Made by a program: the position numbers and the translations under genes
Shown here: positions 29,101 to 38,388 of the stretch, piece by piece
How the letters are laid out: each line of letters begins with the position of its first letter
Numbering within the stretch: position 1 is the stretch's first letter
Notes under the pieces: generated by a model
The model's input: only the letters and a program-made list of their open reading frames with translations
What the model was told of the DNA's origin: nothing
The model's database searches: none
Source of the DNA: Candidatus Brennerbacteria bacterium
Lineage (GTDB): Bacteria > Patescibacteriota > Minisyncoccia > UBA6257 > GWB1-50-10
Direction: 5' to 3'
DNA length: 64,000 bases
NCBI GenBank assembly: GCA_016183535.1
Contig: JACPEK010000006.1
Span: forward strand, 38,015 to 102,014

Positions 29101-31800
29101 TTACCAAGAAAATTTCCGCCGCAGGGAGAGGCGCACCTCGTCCACCAACACCACCGTGAGACCCACGAGAAGCACAAGTCCCCATTCGAGTAGGGAAATC
29201 GGCACGGTGTGAAACACCTCGTTGAGGAATGGAAGCTCGAGCACCGCGACCTGGAGAATCACGACGAGCGCGGTTGCCCCAATGAGAAACGGATTGGTGC
29301 CGGGGTGAATAGTGGCAAGCGAGTGTGTGTCTGAACGCATGGTCCATGCGCGAAACCACTGGAACACCGCAAGCGTGGTGAGCGCCATGGTCTGCGCTTT
29401 TATAAGATCTCCGCCCTCAAGATACCGCGAGAATATGAGGAACGTCCCTATCATCATGAAAAGTCCCATAGCGATGCTCTCCGCCGCCATCCGCCCGTCC
29501 ACAAGCGCGCGCTTGGGCCACCGGGAGGGTCCCGAAAGGAGGTCCCGTTCCTTCGGTTCCATCGCGAGCGCCGCTACGAGAAAAGTGTCAGTCACAAAAT
29601 TGAGCCAGATGATCTGCGAAGGAAGAAGCGGAAGCGCGAACCCCGCGAAGATGGAAAAAACAATAAGGAACACCTCGCTCATATTCGTAGAAAGAAGATA
29701 CTGGAGCACCTTGCGGAGCGTGCGGTAGATATTTCTCCCCTCCTCCACCGCGGAGACGATGCTCCCGAAGTTGTCGTCGAGGAGCACGATATCCGCCGCT
29801 TCCTTTGCCACCTCGGTACCTGAACGCCCCATCGCCACCCCGAGATCGGCCGCGACGAGCGGCGGGGCGTCATTCACGCCGTCCCCCGTCATGGCAATGA
29901 TTTCGCCGCGCGCACGGAACGCTTCGATGATGCGAAGTTTGTGCGCCGGCGTCACGCGCGCGAATACGTCCGTCTCACCGAGCGCGTTCGCCATTTGTTC
30001 GTTCGTCATCGCTTCAATATCCTCACCAGTGAGAACTTTCCCGTTCTTTTTTAATATCCCCGCCTCGCGCGCAATGACCTCCGCGGTGAGTTTATGGTCG
30101 CCCGTGACCATCACGACCCGCAGGCCGGCGGCTTCCGCGCGCCGCAACGCCTCGGGCACCTCGGCCCGAAGCGTATCTTTCATGCCGATGAATCCACCAA
30201 AGGTAAGCGGCGGGAGGGTGTCGGCGGAGAGCTTTTTTGGAACCTTTGTGGAATATCCGAACGCGAGAACCCGGAACCCACGCCGCAACATCGCGTGGAG
30301 CAGTTCGGTGATGCGTTCCTTCTCGCGCGCGGTGAAGTGCGCCACGGTGCGCGGTGAGGACAAAAAGGTTTTTGCCCGCACCATGATGATCTCTGGAGCT
30401 CCCATCGCAAAAAGCGTGTCTTTCCCTCGGTCGTCTTTTCGTACCACGGCGCGAAACTTATGTATATAACTAAATGGCACCTCATTGAGAAGCGGGTGCG
30501 CGGTGTCCCACGCCCCATCGCGAAACCCGGCCTTTTTTGCGAACACAAGAAGCGCCGCCTCGGTGGGGTCGCCCCCTACCCGCCACTGTTTCATATTCTC
30601 GTCATAGGAAAGGCGCGCGGTCGCGGTGAACGCCGCGGCGTGGAGTGCGGGCATGAGCGCGCGGTTGTGGAGAGGCTCCACCGCCTCTCTTTTTTCGCCA
30701 AAGAACGCACCCACCGGCTCATACCCTTCCCCGGTGATGTGGAACCTCGTTCCACACGACACTACCTCGGTCACGACGAGCTCATTTCTCGTAAGGGTGC
30801 CGGTTTTGTCGACTGCAATGATACGGGCCTGCCCGAGCGCTTCCACCGCATGGAGTTTTTTTATGAGCGCGTTCTGACCGGCCATGCGCCACACGCCGGT
30901 CGCAAGAATAAGCGTGAGCGCCACCGGAAGCCCCTCGGGTATGAAAGAGACCGCAAGCGCCACGCCGAGTGTGAACATGTGGACATACGAGTAGTCATAA
31001 AAGAACACCCCCGCCAAAAAAAGAAGGAGGAGGAAAACGACGGTGCTGGAGGTGAGTACGCGCGCAAGGGTACGGAGGTTTCCTTTGAGTGGAATTTCGG
31101 TATCGAGCCCGACGATCGCCTCGGATATTTTCCCGAGCTCGGTACTGCTTCCGGTCGCGACCGCTACCCCAAGACCATTTCCCCCGACAATAGTCGTACC
31201 GCGGAAGACTATATTTTCTTGAGCGGAGAGTGGGCGTGGTAAGGCATCCTTTCCGTCGGGTGGGAGCGCCACGTCCGTCTTATGAACCGGCTCCGACTCG
31301 CCGGTGAGGGCGGATTCATTCACGCGAAGATCGTGCGCGAGAACCACGCGGAGGTCCGCCGGCACCTTCTCGCCCTCGACTAAAACCACCACATCGCCCA
31401 GCGCCACTTCGCGGTCGGAGATGGTTCGCTCGCGCCCGGCACGCACCACGGTTGCTTTTGTTGCTACGAATTTTTGGAGTGCCCGAAGGGTGTTTTGTGC
31501 GCGCCCTTCCTGTATCGCGCCGATGACGGCATTGATAAGGAGCACACCACCGACAATCGCGCCATCAGTGAAATCACCGAGGAATACGAGAATGGCGCCC
31601 GCGGCGAGAAGAAGATAGATGAGCGGACTTTTAAATTGGTCGACAAAAATGGCGAGTGGCCCGCGCGAGCGAGGTTGCGGCAACACATTGGGCCCCGCCA
31701 CCCCGAGGCGCCTTACCGCCTCTTCTTCCGAAAGCCCGCCTGCCGCGCTCCCCACATGGGACCACACGGCGGGAACGGTTTCTTCATACCAACGTCTCAT
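29101..31800 (-). CDS. Cation-transporting P-type ATPase (type II)
   Basis: TGES, PEGL, DKTGTLT, GDGVNDAP. Confidence 0.95.
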   Translation of the reverse strand: MRRWYEETVPAVWSHVGSAAGGLSEEEAVRRLGVAGPNVLPQPRSRGPLAIFVDQFKSPLIYLLLAAGAILVFLGDFTDGAIVGGVLLINAVIGAIQEGRAQNTLRALQKFVATKATVVRAGRERTISDREVALGDVVVLVEGEKVPADLRVVLAHDLRVNESALTGESEPVHKTDVALPPDGKDALPRPLSAQENIVFRGTTIVGGNGLGVAVATGSSTELGKISEAIVGLDTEIPLKGNLRTLARVLTSSTVVFLLLLFLAGVFFYDYSYVHMFTLGVALAVSFIPEGLPVALTLILATGVWRMAGQNALIKKLHAVEALGQARIIAVDKTGTLTRNELVVTEVVSCGTRFHITGEGYEPVGAFFGEKREAVEPLHNRALMPALHAAAFTATARLSYDENMKQWRVGGDPTEAALLVFAKKAGFRDGAWDTAHPLLNEVPFSYIHKFRAVVRKDDRGKDTLFAMGAPEIIMVRAKTFLSSPRTVAHFTAREKERITELLHAMLRRGFRVLAFGYSTKVPKKLSADTLPPLTFGGFIGMKDTLRAEVPEALRRAEAAGLRVVMVTGDHKLTAEVIAREAGILKKNGKVLTGEDIEAMTNEQMANALGETDVFARVTPAHKLRIIEAFRARGEIIAMTGDGVNDAPPLVAADLGVAMGRSGTEVAKEAADIVLLDDNFGSIVSAVEEGRNIYRTLRKVLQYLLSTNMSEVFLIVFSIFAGFALPLLPSQIIWLNFVTDTFLVAALAMEPKERDLLSGPSRWPKRALVDGRMAAESIAMGLFMMIGTFLIFSRYLEGGDLIKAQTMALTTLAVFQWFRAWTMRSDTHSLATIHPGTNPFLIGATALVVILQVAVLELPFLNEVFHTVPISLLEWGLVLLVGLTVVLVDEVRLSLRRKFSW

Positions 31801-31803
31801 TGT

Positions 31804-33435
31804 TTATCCACGCTTCATGTGTGCGAGCGCATAGTTTATGTCCGAACCTACCTTCTTTCCCGGATTGAAAATGCCGAGTGGGTCAAAAATCTTTTTCACC
31901 TCTTCGAAGCGCGCGTAAATTTCCTCGCCGAACATCCGCGGAAGGTAAGGAGTCCTCACGATCCCGTCGTTGTGTTCGCCGGTGATCGACCCGTCATACC
32001 GGAGCACGAGGTCGTACACCTCTTCCATGGCGGGCCTGATTTTCGCGCGCTCCCGCTCGTCCGCGAGCCGCATGAGCGGAATGACATGGAAATTCCCCTC
32101 TCCGACGTGCCCCGCGACCGTCGCGAGAAATCCGTAGCGTTCGAGAATGGCATAAAGCGCGGGGAGAAATTTCGGCAAATGCTCCGGCCGCACCACAACG
32201 TCGTCAATGAAAGGCGCGGTCTGGAGACCTTTTACTTTGTGCCGCAAGAGATTGAAGCTCTCCCGCCGGATGATCCAGAATTTTTTCGCCGCGCGCGCAT
32301 TCGGCAAAATCCGGAGCGTGCCGCGGAAAGGCGGAAGCGCGTTTTTTAAACTCATAATTTTTTCGAGAACCGCGGCGGCGGTCGCTTCTTCAAACTCCGC
32401 CATAACGATAAACGCGGGTGTGCCGCGGAAGAGCACCGTGAGCGCCTCGGGGACGAACGCGAGGAGCAACGAGAAAGGATTCCGCGCGAATAATTTGAAA
32501 AATCCCCAAAAGTGTTTGAGCGCGAGACGGAAGGTATGCCGGTCGAACGATTCCACGCTCGCGGGTTTCAAGGGAAGGACGGCGTTCACGATGCCGGCAA
32601 GCGGCGCGAGATCCTCAAGAAAGATGACCGCCATCCCCGAATGCCGCTCCGGTTTTACGAGCCGGAAGACAACCTCCGTCGTGATACCCAGCGTGCCCTG
32701 TGAACCCGTGAAGAGTTTCGTGATATCGAACGTTTTCCGATCCCACACATCCCAGAGGTTGTACCCCGCGGAGTTCTTCGCGACATTCGGCTTCGCGGCT
32801 TTTACGACATCATAGTGCGCCTCAAGGAGCGCGTGGAGCTTTCGATACACTTCTCCCTCAAATGTCGGAAGCGTTTCCTTCGCCGCAAGTTCCGCGGCGG
32901 TGAGCGCTTTCAATTCATACTCGTTCCCGTCCGCGAGCACAACCTTCATTTTTGTCACAAAGTCGTGCACCTTCCCGTACTTCAGCGTTTTCTCACCCGC
33001 CGCGTCATTTCCCACCATGCCGCCTAAGGCGCACATCTCGCGCGAAGCGGGGTAGGCGGGCATAAGCAAACCGTTCGCAAGCGTCGCTTTTTCGAAATCG
33101 CGATAGTAACAGCCGGGCTCCGCCATTGCGTATCCGTCGCCCACCTCAAGCACGTGGTTCATGTGCCGCGTGAAATCGAGCACCACCGATTCGGACAAGG
33201 GGCCGCCCGTCATGTCGCTCCCGCCGCCGCGGGCGGTGAGTGAAATATCCGCCCCCGCCTTCTTTTTCTCTGTAGCGAACCGCACGAACGTTTTCACCTC
33301 CTCCGCGCTCCTTGGATACGCCGCCGCCTCGGGCGTGACCTCGAACAAGCTTGCGTCGCGCGCATACCGCGCGCGGGACGCTTCGTCGTCAACGACTTCG
33401 AGATTTAAATTTTTCAATTCCTCCGCGATTCGCAT
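31804..33435 (-). CDS. FAD-binding oxidoreductase (GlcD / D-lactate dehydrogenase family)
   Basis: ARGGGS, GSQGTLG, GEHNDG, FDPLGIFNPGK. Confidence 0.9.
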   Translation of the reverse strand: MRIAEELKNLNLEVVDDEASRARYARDASLFEVTPEAAAYPRSAEEVKTFVRFATEKKKAGADISLTARGGGSDMTGGPLSESVVLDFTRHMNHVLEVGDGYAMAEPGCYYRDFEKATLANGLLMPAYPASREMCALGGMVGNDAAGEKTLKYGKVHDFVTKMKVVLADGNEYELKALTAAELAAKETLPTFEGEVYRKLHALLEAHYDVVKAAKPNVAKNSAGYNLWDVWDRKTFDITKLFTGSQGTLGITTEVVFRLVKPERHSGMAVIFLEDLAPLAGIVNAVLPLKPASVESFDRHTFRLALKHFWGFFKLFARNPFSLLLAFVPEALTVLFRGTPAFIVMAEFEEATAAAVLEKIMSLKNALPPFRGTLRILPNARAAKKFWIIRRESFNLLRHKVKGLQTAPFIDDVVVRPEHLPKFLPALYAILERYGFLATVAGHVGEGNFHVIPLMRLADERERAKIRPAMEEVYDLVLRYDGSITGEHNDGIVRTPYLPRMFGEEIYARFEEVKKIFDPLGIFNPGKKVGSDINYALAHMKRG

Positions 33436-33444
33436 GTTCTTATT

Positions 33445-34743
33445 CTACCCCATCCGGAACGCGCGGCCACGGAGCCGTATATGATACGATCGCGCGAAAC
33501 GGTGTGCCTCGTCGCGCACGCGGACAAGCGTCTGGAGCGAAACCCCCTCCGGCGCCTCGCCCACCACATCGGTTTTTTTTCTCGTCGGCCCTTTCGCGAG
33601 CCCCACAACCGGAATCACAAAACCCGCATCCTCCAACGCCGTCCGCGCCGCGTTCACCTGTCCCTTCCCGCCGTCTATGAGAATGAGATCCGGAAGAGGC
33701 CATCCGCCAGCCGGCGAAGTTCTTTTGAACCGCCGCGCCAGAACCTCGCGGAGCATACCCACATCGTTTGGCGCGTTGAGCGTGTGAATCTTGAAGAGCC
33801 GGTACTCCTCCTTTGCGGGGCGATCGCCGCGGAAAACCACCATCGAACCGGTCGCCGAGGTGCCGGAAATATTCGAGACGTCATACCCCTCTATCCGCAT
33901 TCGCTCTTGAAAATGGGAAACTTGCCCGTCCGGCAGGCGGGTCGGAAATTGGAAATGATCGTTGTCTTTGACGAGCGCAACATCCTGAATATGCCGCAGG
34001 GCGAAAATTTGCCGGCGGGAGACCGCGGCTTTTTCAAATTCCTCGCGCGCCGCCGCCGTGTTCATCGCGCGCGCGAGCTCATAGAGAATCGTTTTCCGCT
34101 TCCCTTGAAAAAACTGTTTCAGGCGGCGGATGTTCGCGCCGTACTCTTTTTCGTCCGCCGCGCCTATGCAAGTGCCCGGGCAAAGCCCCAGCTCGTATTC
34201 CACACACGCCCTCTTGAACGCGCCGATCTCCGCGGGGCGGTGCGCGCTCCACGGAAATATCTTCCGCAATATGCGGAGTGCCTCGCGAATGCTCGCGCCT
34301 TGCACGAACGGTCCGAACGCCGCGCCGCCGAGTTCCCCCGCTTCTCTTCTCCGCGCGAGCATGACGCGCGGAAACCTCTCCTTGGTAACCACGACATAAA
34401 GAAAACTCGTATCGTCCTTCTCGCGCACATTGTAAGGCGGCTGGTGTTTCTTGATGAGGGCAGCCTCTAAAATAAGCGCTTCGAGCGCGGACGCGGTGCG
34501 TTTGAAATCTATTTTTGTCACGAGACTCGCCATTTTCCGTATTCTCGGATCGGTTTCCATTCGTGTTATTCGGTTTCCATTCGTGTTATTCGTGGAATGC
34601 CGAAAATAGCTCTGCGCGCGGCGCCGCAAGTTCACCGCCTTGCCCACATAGAGGAGGCGTCCCCGCGCGCCGCGCATGAGGTACACACCGGGTGTTTCCG
34701 GTAATTTTCGCCAAAGTTCATTTTTGTGGGGCGTTTTTGGCAT
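33445..34743 (-). CDS. uvrC: Excinuclease ABC subunit C (no HhH tail)
   Basis: PGVYL, YVGKAVNLR, RIEGYDVSN, PDLILIDGGKGQ, RDEAHRFA. Confidence 0.93.
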   Translation of the reverse strand: MPKTPHKNELWRKLPETPGVYLMRGARGRLLYVGKAVNLRRRAQSYFRHSTNNTNGNRITRMETDPRIRKMASLVTKIDFKRTASALEALILEAALIKKHQPPYNVREKDDTSFLYVVVTKERFPRVMLARRREAGELGGAAFGPFVQGASIREALRILRKIFPWSAHRPAEIGAFKRACVEYELGLCPGTCIGAADEKEYGANIRRLKQFFQGKRKTILYELARAMNTAAAREEFEKAAVSRRQIFALRHIQDVALVKDNDHFQFPTRLPDGQVSHFQERMRIEGYDVSNISGTSATGSMVVFRGDRPAKEEYRLFKIHTLNAPNDVGMLREVLARRFKRTSPAGGWPLPDLILIDGGKGQVNAARTALEDAGFVIPVVGLAKGPTRKKTDVVGEAPEGVSLQTLVRVRDEAHRFARSYHIRLRGRAFRMG

Positions 34744-34776
34744 ATGGCGCGTTGATTATAGTACGCGCCGCGAAAG

Positions 34777-34805
34777 TTGACAAAACTCAATATATAATAT
34801 ATAAA
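34777..34805 (+). promoter_or_regulatory. Sigma70 promoter
   Basis: TTGACA-N17-TATAAA, then a GGAGG RBS before ATG 34846. Confidence 0.7.
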
Positions 34806-34845
34806 GAAAAAAGCATCAACAACATTAACAACATAGGAGGCGCAA

Positions 34846-35286
34846 ATGAAAACGAAATTTTTCCTTTCCTCCTTCAGCTTCTTCATGATAATTATCTTCG
34901 TATCATTCGGGGTAATTATCGTTCCTTCTATCGTTTCCGTTTCTCCCTACCATTTCTATCCGGCGGCGGCGGTAGGCGTCGCGTCGGTCGTAACATTCTT
35001 CACGACCGACATTTTTGACTTTGAGAACGGGCGTATTTCCATCCTCTCAAAGCGAGGGTGGAAGTTCATTCTGTGGTTCGCGATTCTCGTTTCATTCGGA
35101 ACACTCGCCACGACCGGCAACGTTACCGATCGCCTCACGGCGCACGCTGCGTGGATATTCACCGTGATAATCTCAATAATATTTGGGATTTTCACGGGCG
35201 CTTTCCTCCGCGGCATTTTAGAGGCAATCCTTTGGGCCGCAAGGCTCGTAGGGATCGTCAAGCATCAGGACGATCGCCCCTCATAG
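34846..35286 (+). CDS. Hypothetical 4-TM membrane protein
   Basis: Own promoter, RBS and terminator; hydrophobic and lower in GC. Confidence 0.75.
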   Translation: MKTKFFLSSFSFFMIIIFVSFGVIIVPSIVSVSPYHFYPAAAVGVASVVTFFTTDIFDFENGRISILSKRGWKFILWFAILVSFGTLATTGNVTDRLTAHAAWIFTVIISIIFGIFTGAFLRGILEAILWAARLVGIVKHQDDRPS

Positions 35287-35292
35287 ATATTT

Positions 35293-35322
35293 AAGCCCGA
35301 CGCATTTGTGCGTCGGGCTTTT
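35293..35322 (+). terminator. Rho-independent terminator
   Basis: aagcccgacgca-tttg-tgcgtcgggctttt. Confidence 0.8.
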
Positions 35323-35405
35323 TCGTGCCGGAAAGGTATTTATTTGCTCCTCTTGCGTTCCGGCACGAAAAACAAAAGCATCGCTTGCGCGATGCTTAAT
35401 GATAG

Positions 35406-35546
35406 TGCCGGAAGGGGGATTCGAACCCCCGATTCCGGGAAAGCTTTAGAATGCGGAACGCAAAGGTGTTACCCCTCGCGTTCCTCCCTCATAGGCCCCA
35501 GATCCACCGGGCGACTGCAGGACCGCCGCAGGCGCCGCTTTCCGGC
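35406..35546 (-). ncRNA. tRNA-like structured RNA (141 nt)
   Basis: Acceptor stem GCCGGAA/TTCCGGC+A and perfect T-arm GGGGG-TTCGAAT-CCCCC; the interior is non-canonical. Confidence 0.55.
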
Positions 35547-35552
35547 GAAAAA

Positions 35553-35783
35553 CTACAATATAAAACTGAACAAACCAGGACCTTGGGCAGGACCTTGGGA
35601 TCGAGAAGACTTTCTTGCTGTCGGCTTCTTTTTTAAGATGCCGACAACTTCAAGATTGGTGCTGCCGCATTTGGGGCATCTTTGCTCATGCGTGTCGGCA
35701 TCTATCGCCTCATGAGCGGTTCCCATCCACGCGAGTCCGGGAGGAAAGCAGTCCCGGCACCGCAATTTTAAACCTCTAGACAT
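35553..35783 (-). CDS. Small zinc-ribbon protein
   Basis: CRDC...CPKCGS, basic tail. Confidence 0.65.
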   Translation of the reverse strand: MSRGLKLRCRDCFPPGLAWMGTAHEAIDADTHEQRCPKCGSTNLEVVGILKKKPTARKSSRSQGPAQGPGLFSFIL

Positions 35784-35893
35784 TTGAGACCCCTTTTTGT
35801 TTTGAAATGAACGTTTCTGTGAGAGACATTATCACACTTTCAGAAAAAGTCAAATCAAAACCCCGCAGAAATTCCGCGGGGCAAAACACCGGA

Positions 35894-36082
35894 TTATACA
35901 CGAGCTTGGCAAAATACTGGTCTTCGCAGTTGCGCGGCGGAGAACATTCTAGCCGCTTTCTTCGCGTTCGCACGCTTCGTAAGTGGGGTAAGCGTGTCGA
36001 TGCGCGAGCAATTGGGACAACTGTGGTTCTCGGTTTGATAGCCGGGCACCACAAACCCGCACTCGGTACAGCCGTATTTCAT
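35894..36082 (-). CDS. Small zinc-ribbon / rubredoxin-like protein
   Basis: MKYGCTECG...CPNCS; GGAGG RBS before ATG 36082. Confidence 0.65.
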   Translation of the reverse strand: MKYGCTECGFVVPGYQTENHSCPNCSRIDTLTPLTKRANAKKAARMFSAAQLRRPVFCQARV

Positions 36083-36373
36083 ACGGCTCCCTCCTTTTTG
36101 GTTTGAAAATTCCTGCCCCCGACAGGTACCGCGGGAAAAGATAACACGCGGCGCCGGAAATGGCAATTTTTATTTCCCTCTTTGCTAAAATGGCGGAAGC
36201 CCGACAAAATGTCGGGCTTCCACTCGCGGCGCGGAGACGCCTCACTCACCCCCACGCGAAAGGGCACCGTTTCCGATGCTCTTCGTTTTCTATTGTATCA
36301 AATCGGCTCCTCCCCGCCACTCGACACTTATCCACAAGAAAATTTCTCCTCGATCAGGCTACCCGCCTGAAAA

Positions 36374-37897
36374 TTAGCGGCACGTTTGAACAGTTGTATT
36401 GACTCCATATCTTCCGATAAGACCAACATTGCAATCAACGTCGCCATTATAAAATCTCCATCCCGTAGGGGCAACCACAAGAGGTCCTGGAAACGAATTT
36501 CCGCACGCCACGGCATTTGCGTCAAACGTACCGCCGATATTTTCCGACGGGCAATAGAGGAAACCGACGTTTGGCGAGCACGACCCGCCATCACTTTGTT
36601 TTCCGGTAGTGCCGAATGGAGTAGTTGAAAGACTTGCCGTGCAATAATAGTTGGTCGCGGTTTCGGATTTTGTGGCAACGCTGTCACAGTTATAATCGAA
36701 ACTTCCGTCGCCGCGGTTCGTGCTGTAATAGGCGGTCTGCCCGGGTTTCGCGTTCGCGTTCGAATCGTAGCAATCGTTCGTGTTAATGATGCTCCCCTGC
36801 GCAATCTGGTTATAACTGCCGCTTGAGTTCTTGTAGTAGGTGCGGCCGCTCACCGTGGTCACACTCCCCACGCACGCACTCGCCGCGCCAGACATCGAAT
36901 AGCCGTCCTGATCGCCGTCGGTCGCGACCGACTGATTTTGGTAGATATTGGCGTTTGCGTCGCTACAATCCCCGCCTGTCGTCACATAAGGCGAACCCGC
37001 GCCGACCGACACGCACGCAATCGTCGCGCTTCCATACCCGTCACCGTCGTTGTCTACATACCGGTCAGCGGCCACGCTCGCATTCGTATCATTGCAGTCG
37101 TACACGTTCCCGATCGCAGTGAAAGTGAGACGCTGACTCCAGGTAAGCAGATAGTTTCCGCCTTTTATTCGGTAATAAGTTCTCCCGCCCGCATACGAGG
37201 GAGCGCCGACACACACCGATCCCACAGGGGAAGCACTTGGCGTATAGGTGTAACCGTCCTGATCCTCGTCCCAATCCCATTCGACTGGTACGTTTTGATA
37301 GACCGAGGAGGAAGTATCGTCGCAATCGGTTCCGGACGAAGAAGCGGAATATCCCGAGGGGAGCGAGGAGCCGGAACACACGGACTGGGCCGATCCCGTG
37401 GTGTACGCGTCACCGTCCCCGTCGGGGTAGCCAGTAAGGTACTGCCACGTCGAAGCGCTCGAGTCATTACAGTCGCCCGCCTCGCTCCGGGTGCTCCTCC
37501 TCTGATAGGAGCTTGGCTGGGCATCCTGTGCCAGCATGTCGGTGCTATTTAGCGAGTACCCATCGTTATCCGCGTCTTTAATCCAAAGATTTGTCTGCTT
37601 GAGCTGGGCACCGCTCGCGGAAAGCGCGATCGTGCCGTTCACCGTGATGCTCTTTCCGGCATTCCATGCGATGGTCTGGTTCGCGTTTACGGTGAGCGTT
37701 ACGCCGGCGTTCACGGTGATGTTGCCGTTGTCCACACCATTCACCGAACCGGTAAACGCGCAGTTCGAGTTGACGATGTGATCCCCCCCAAGCGAGGGAG
37801 AACAATTCGCGAAGGCGCGCGGCGCAACGGAAAACCCCGCAAGCAAGATTGCTCCAAATATCCAAAATCTTAATGACGAATTAAAAACTGTAGACAT
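36374..37897 (-). CDS. Secreted Cys-rich protein with DxDGDG/DCND putative metal-binding repeats
   Basis: Signal peptide; several D.D.DGY...DC.D units. Confidence 0.8.
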   Translation of the reverse strand: MSTVFNSSLRFWIFGAILLAGFSVAPRAFANCSPSLGGDHIVNSNCAFTGSVNGVDNGNITVNAGVTLTVNANQTIAWNAGKSITVNGTIALSASGAQLKQTNLWIKDADNDGYSLNSTDMLAQDAQPSSYQRRSTRSEAGDCNDSSASTWQYLTGYPDGDGDAYTTGSAQSVCSGSSLPSGYSASSSGTDCDDTSSSVYQNVPVEWDWDEDQDGYTYTPSASPVGSVCVGAPSYAGGRTYYRIKGGNYLLTWSQRLTFTAIGNVYDCNDTNASVAADRYVDNDGDGYGSATIACVSVGAGSPYVTTGGDCSDANANIYQNQSVATDGDQDGYSMSGAASACVGSVTTVSGRTYYKNSSGSYNQIAQGSIINTNDCYDSNANAKPGQTAYYSTNRGDGSFDYNCDSVATKSETATNYYCTASLSTTPFGTTGKQSDGGSCSPNVGFLYCPSENIGGTFDANAVACGNSFPGPLVVAPTGWRFYNGDVDCNVGLIGRYGVNTTVQTCR

Positions 37898-37899
37898 AA

Positions 37900-38388
37900 T
37901 TAAAATGCCGGCTGGAAACTAAGCACCACTCGCGACGCCTCGCCCCCGTCCGTTTTTTCAGCTGACGAACCTTTTGCCTCAATCGCAGCTTGATAAACCC
38001 TCTCCCGCGTGTCCGCGACCGTCCACGATCCCTCCCACACGCCGTCCGCGGCACTCCCCTCCTTCAAGGCGAGCGGAAATGGATGTTCACCCCCATCCAT
38101 AATCATGGTAACCTGCACCGATTCCACGAACCCCGCGTATCTCACCTTCACGCGCACACGCTGTTCCACTCCTTCCGCCACGCTCCCCAACGGATCAAAG
38201 CTCGCTTCGTAAATCTCGGGACCGGATTGATTACCACTCACGAAATAGGTATCGCGCTCCGGAAGCGGCGGAGCGGCGTTTCGTTCAGACAAAACCGGCG
38301 ACGTACCGCCGCGTCCGAAAAGAAAGATCGCCGCGCCGAGCGCAAGCGCGATAACGACCAAAATAATATTCTTCCGATCCACGTTCAT
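37900..38388 (-). CDS. Membrane-anchored Ig-like hypothetical protein
   Basis: N-terminal TM, DGVWEGSW; coupled to neighbouring genes. Confidence 0.65.
   Translation of the reverse strand: MNVDRKNIILVVIALALGAAIFLFGRGGTSPVLSERNAAPPLPERDTYFVSGNQSGPEIYEASFDPLGSVAEGVEQRVRVKVRYAGFVESVQVTMIMDGGEHPFPLALKEGSAADGVWEGSWTVADTRERVYQAAIEAKGSSAEKTDGGEASRVVLSFQPAF

Noticed and set aside
35406-35546. Amber suppressor or pyrrolysine tRNA
   Set aside because: The CTA triplet lacks a convincing anticodon stem, and TAG is used as a normal stop in several genes
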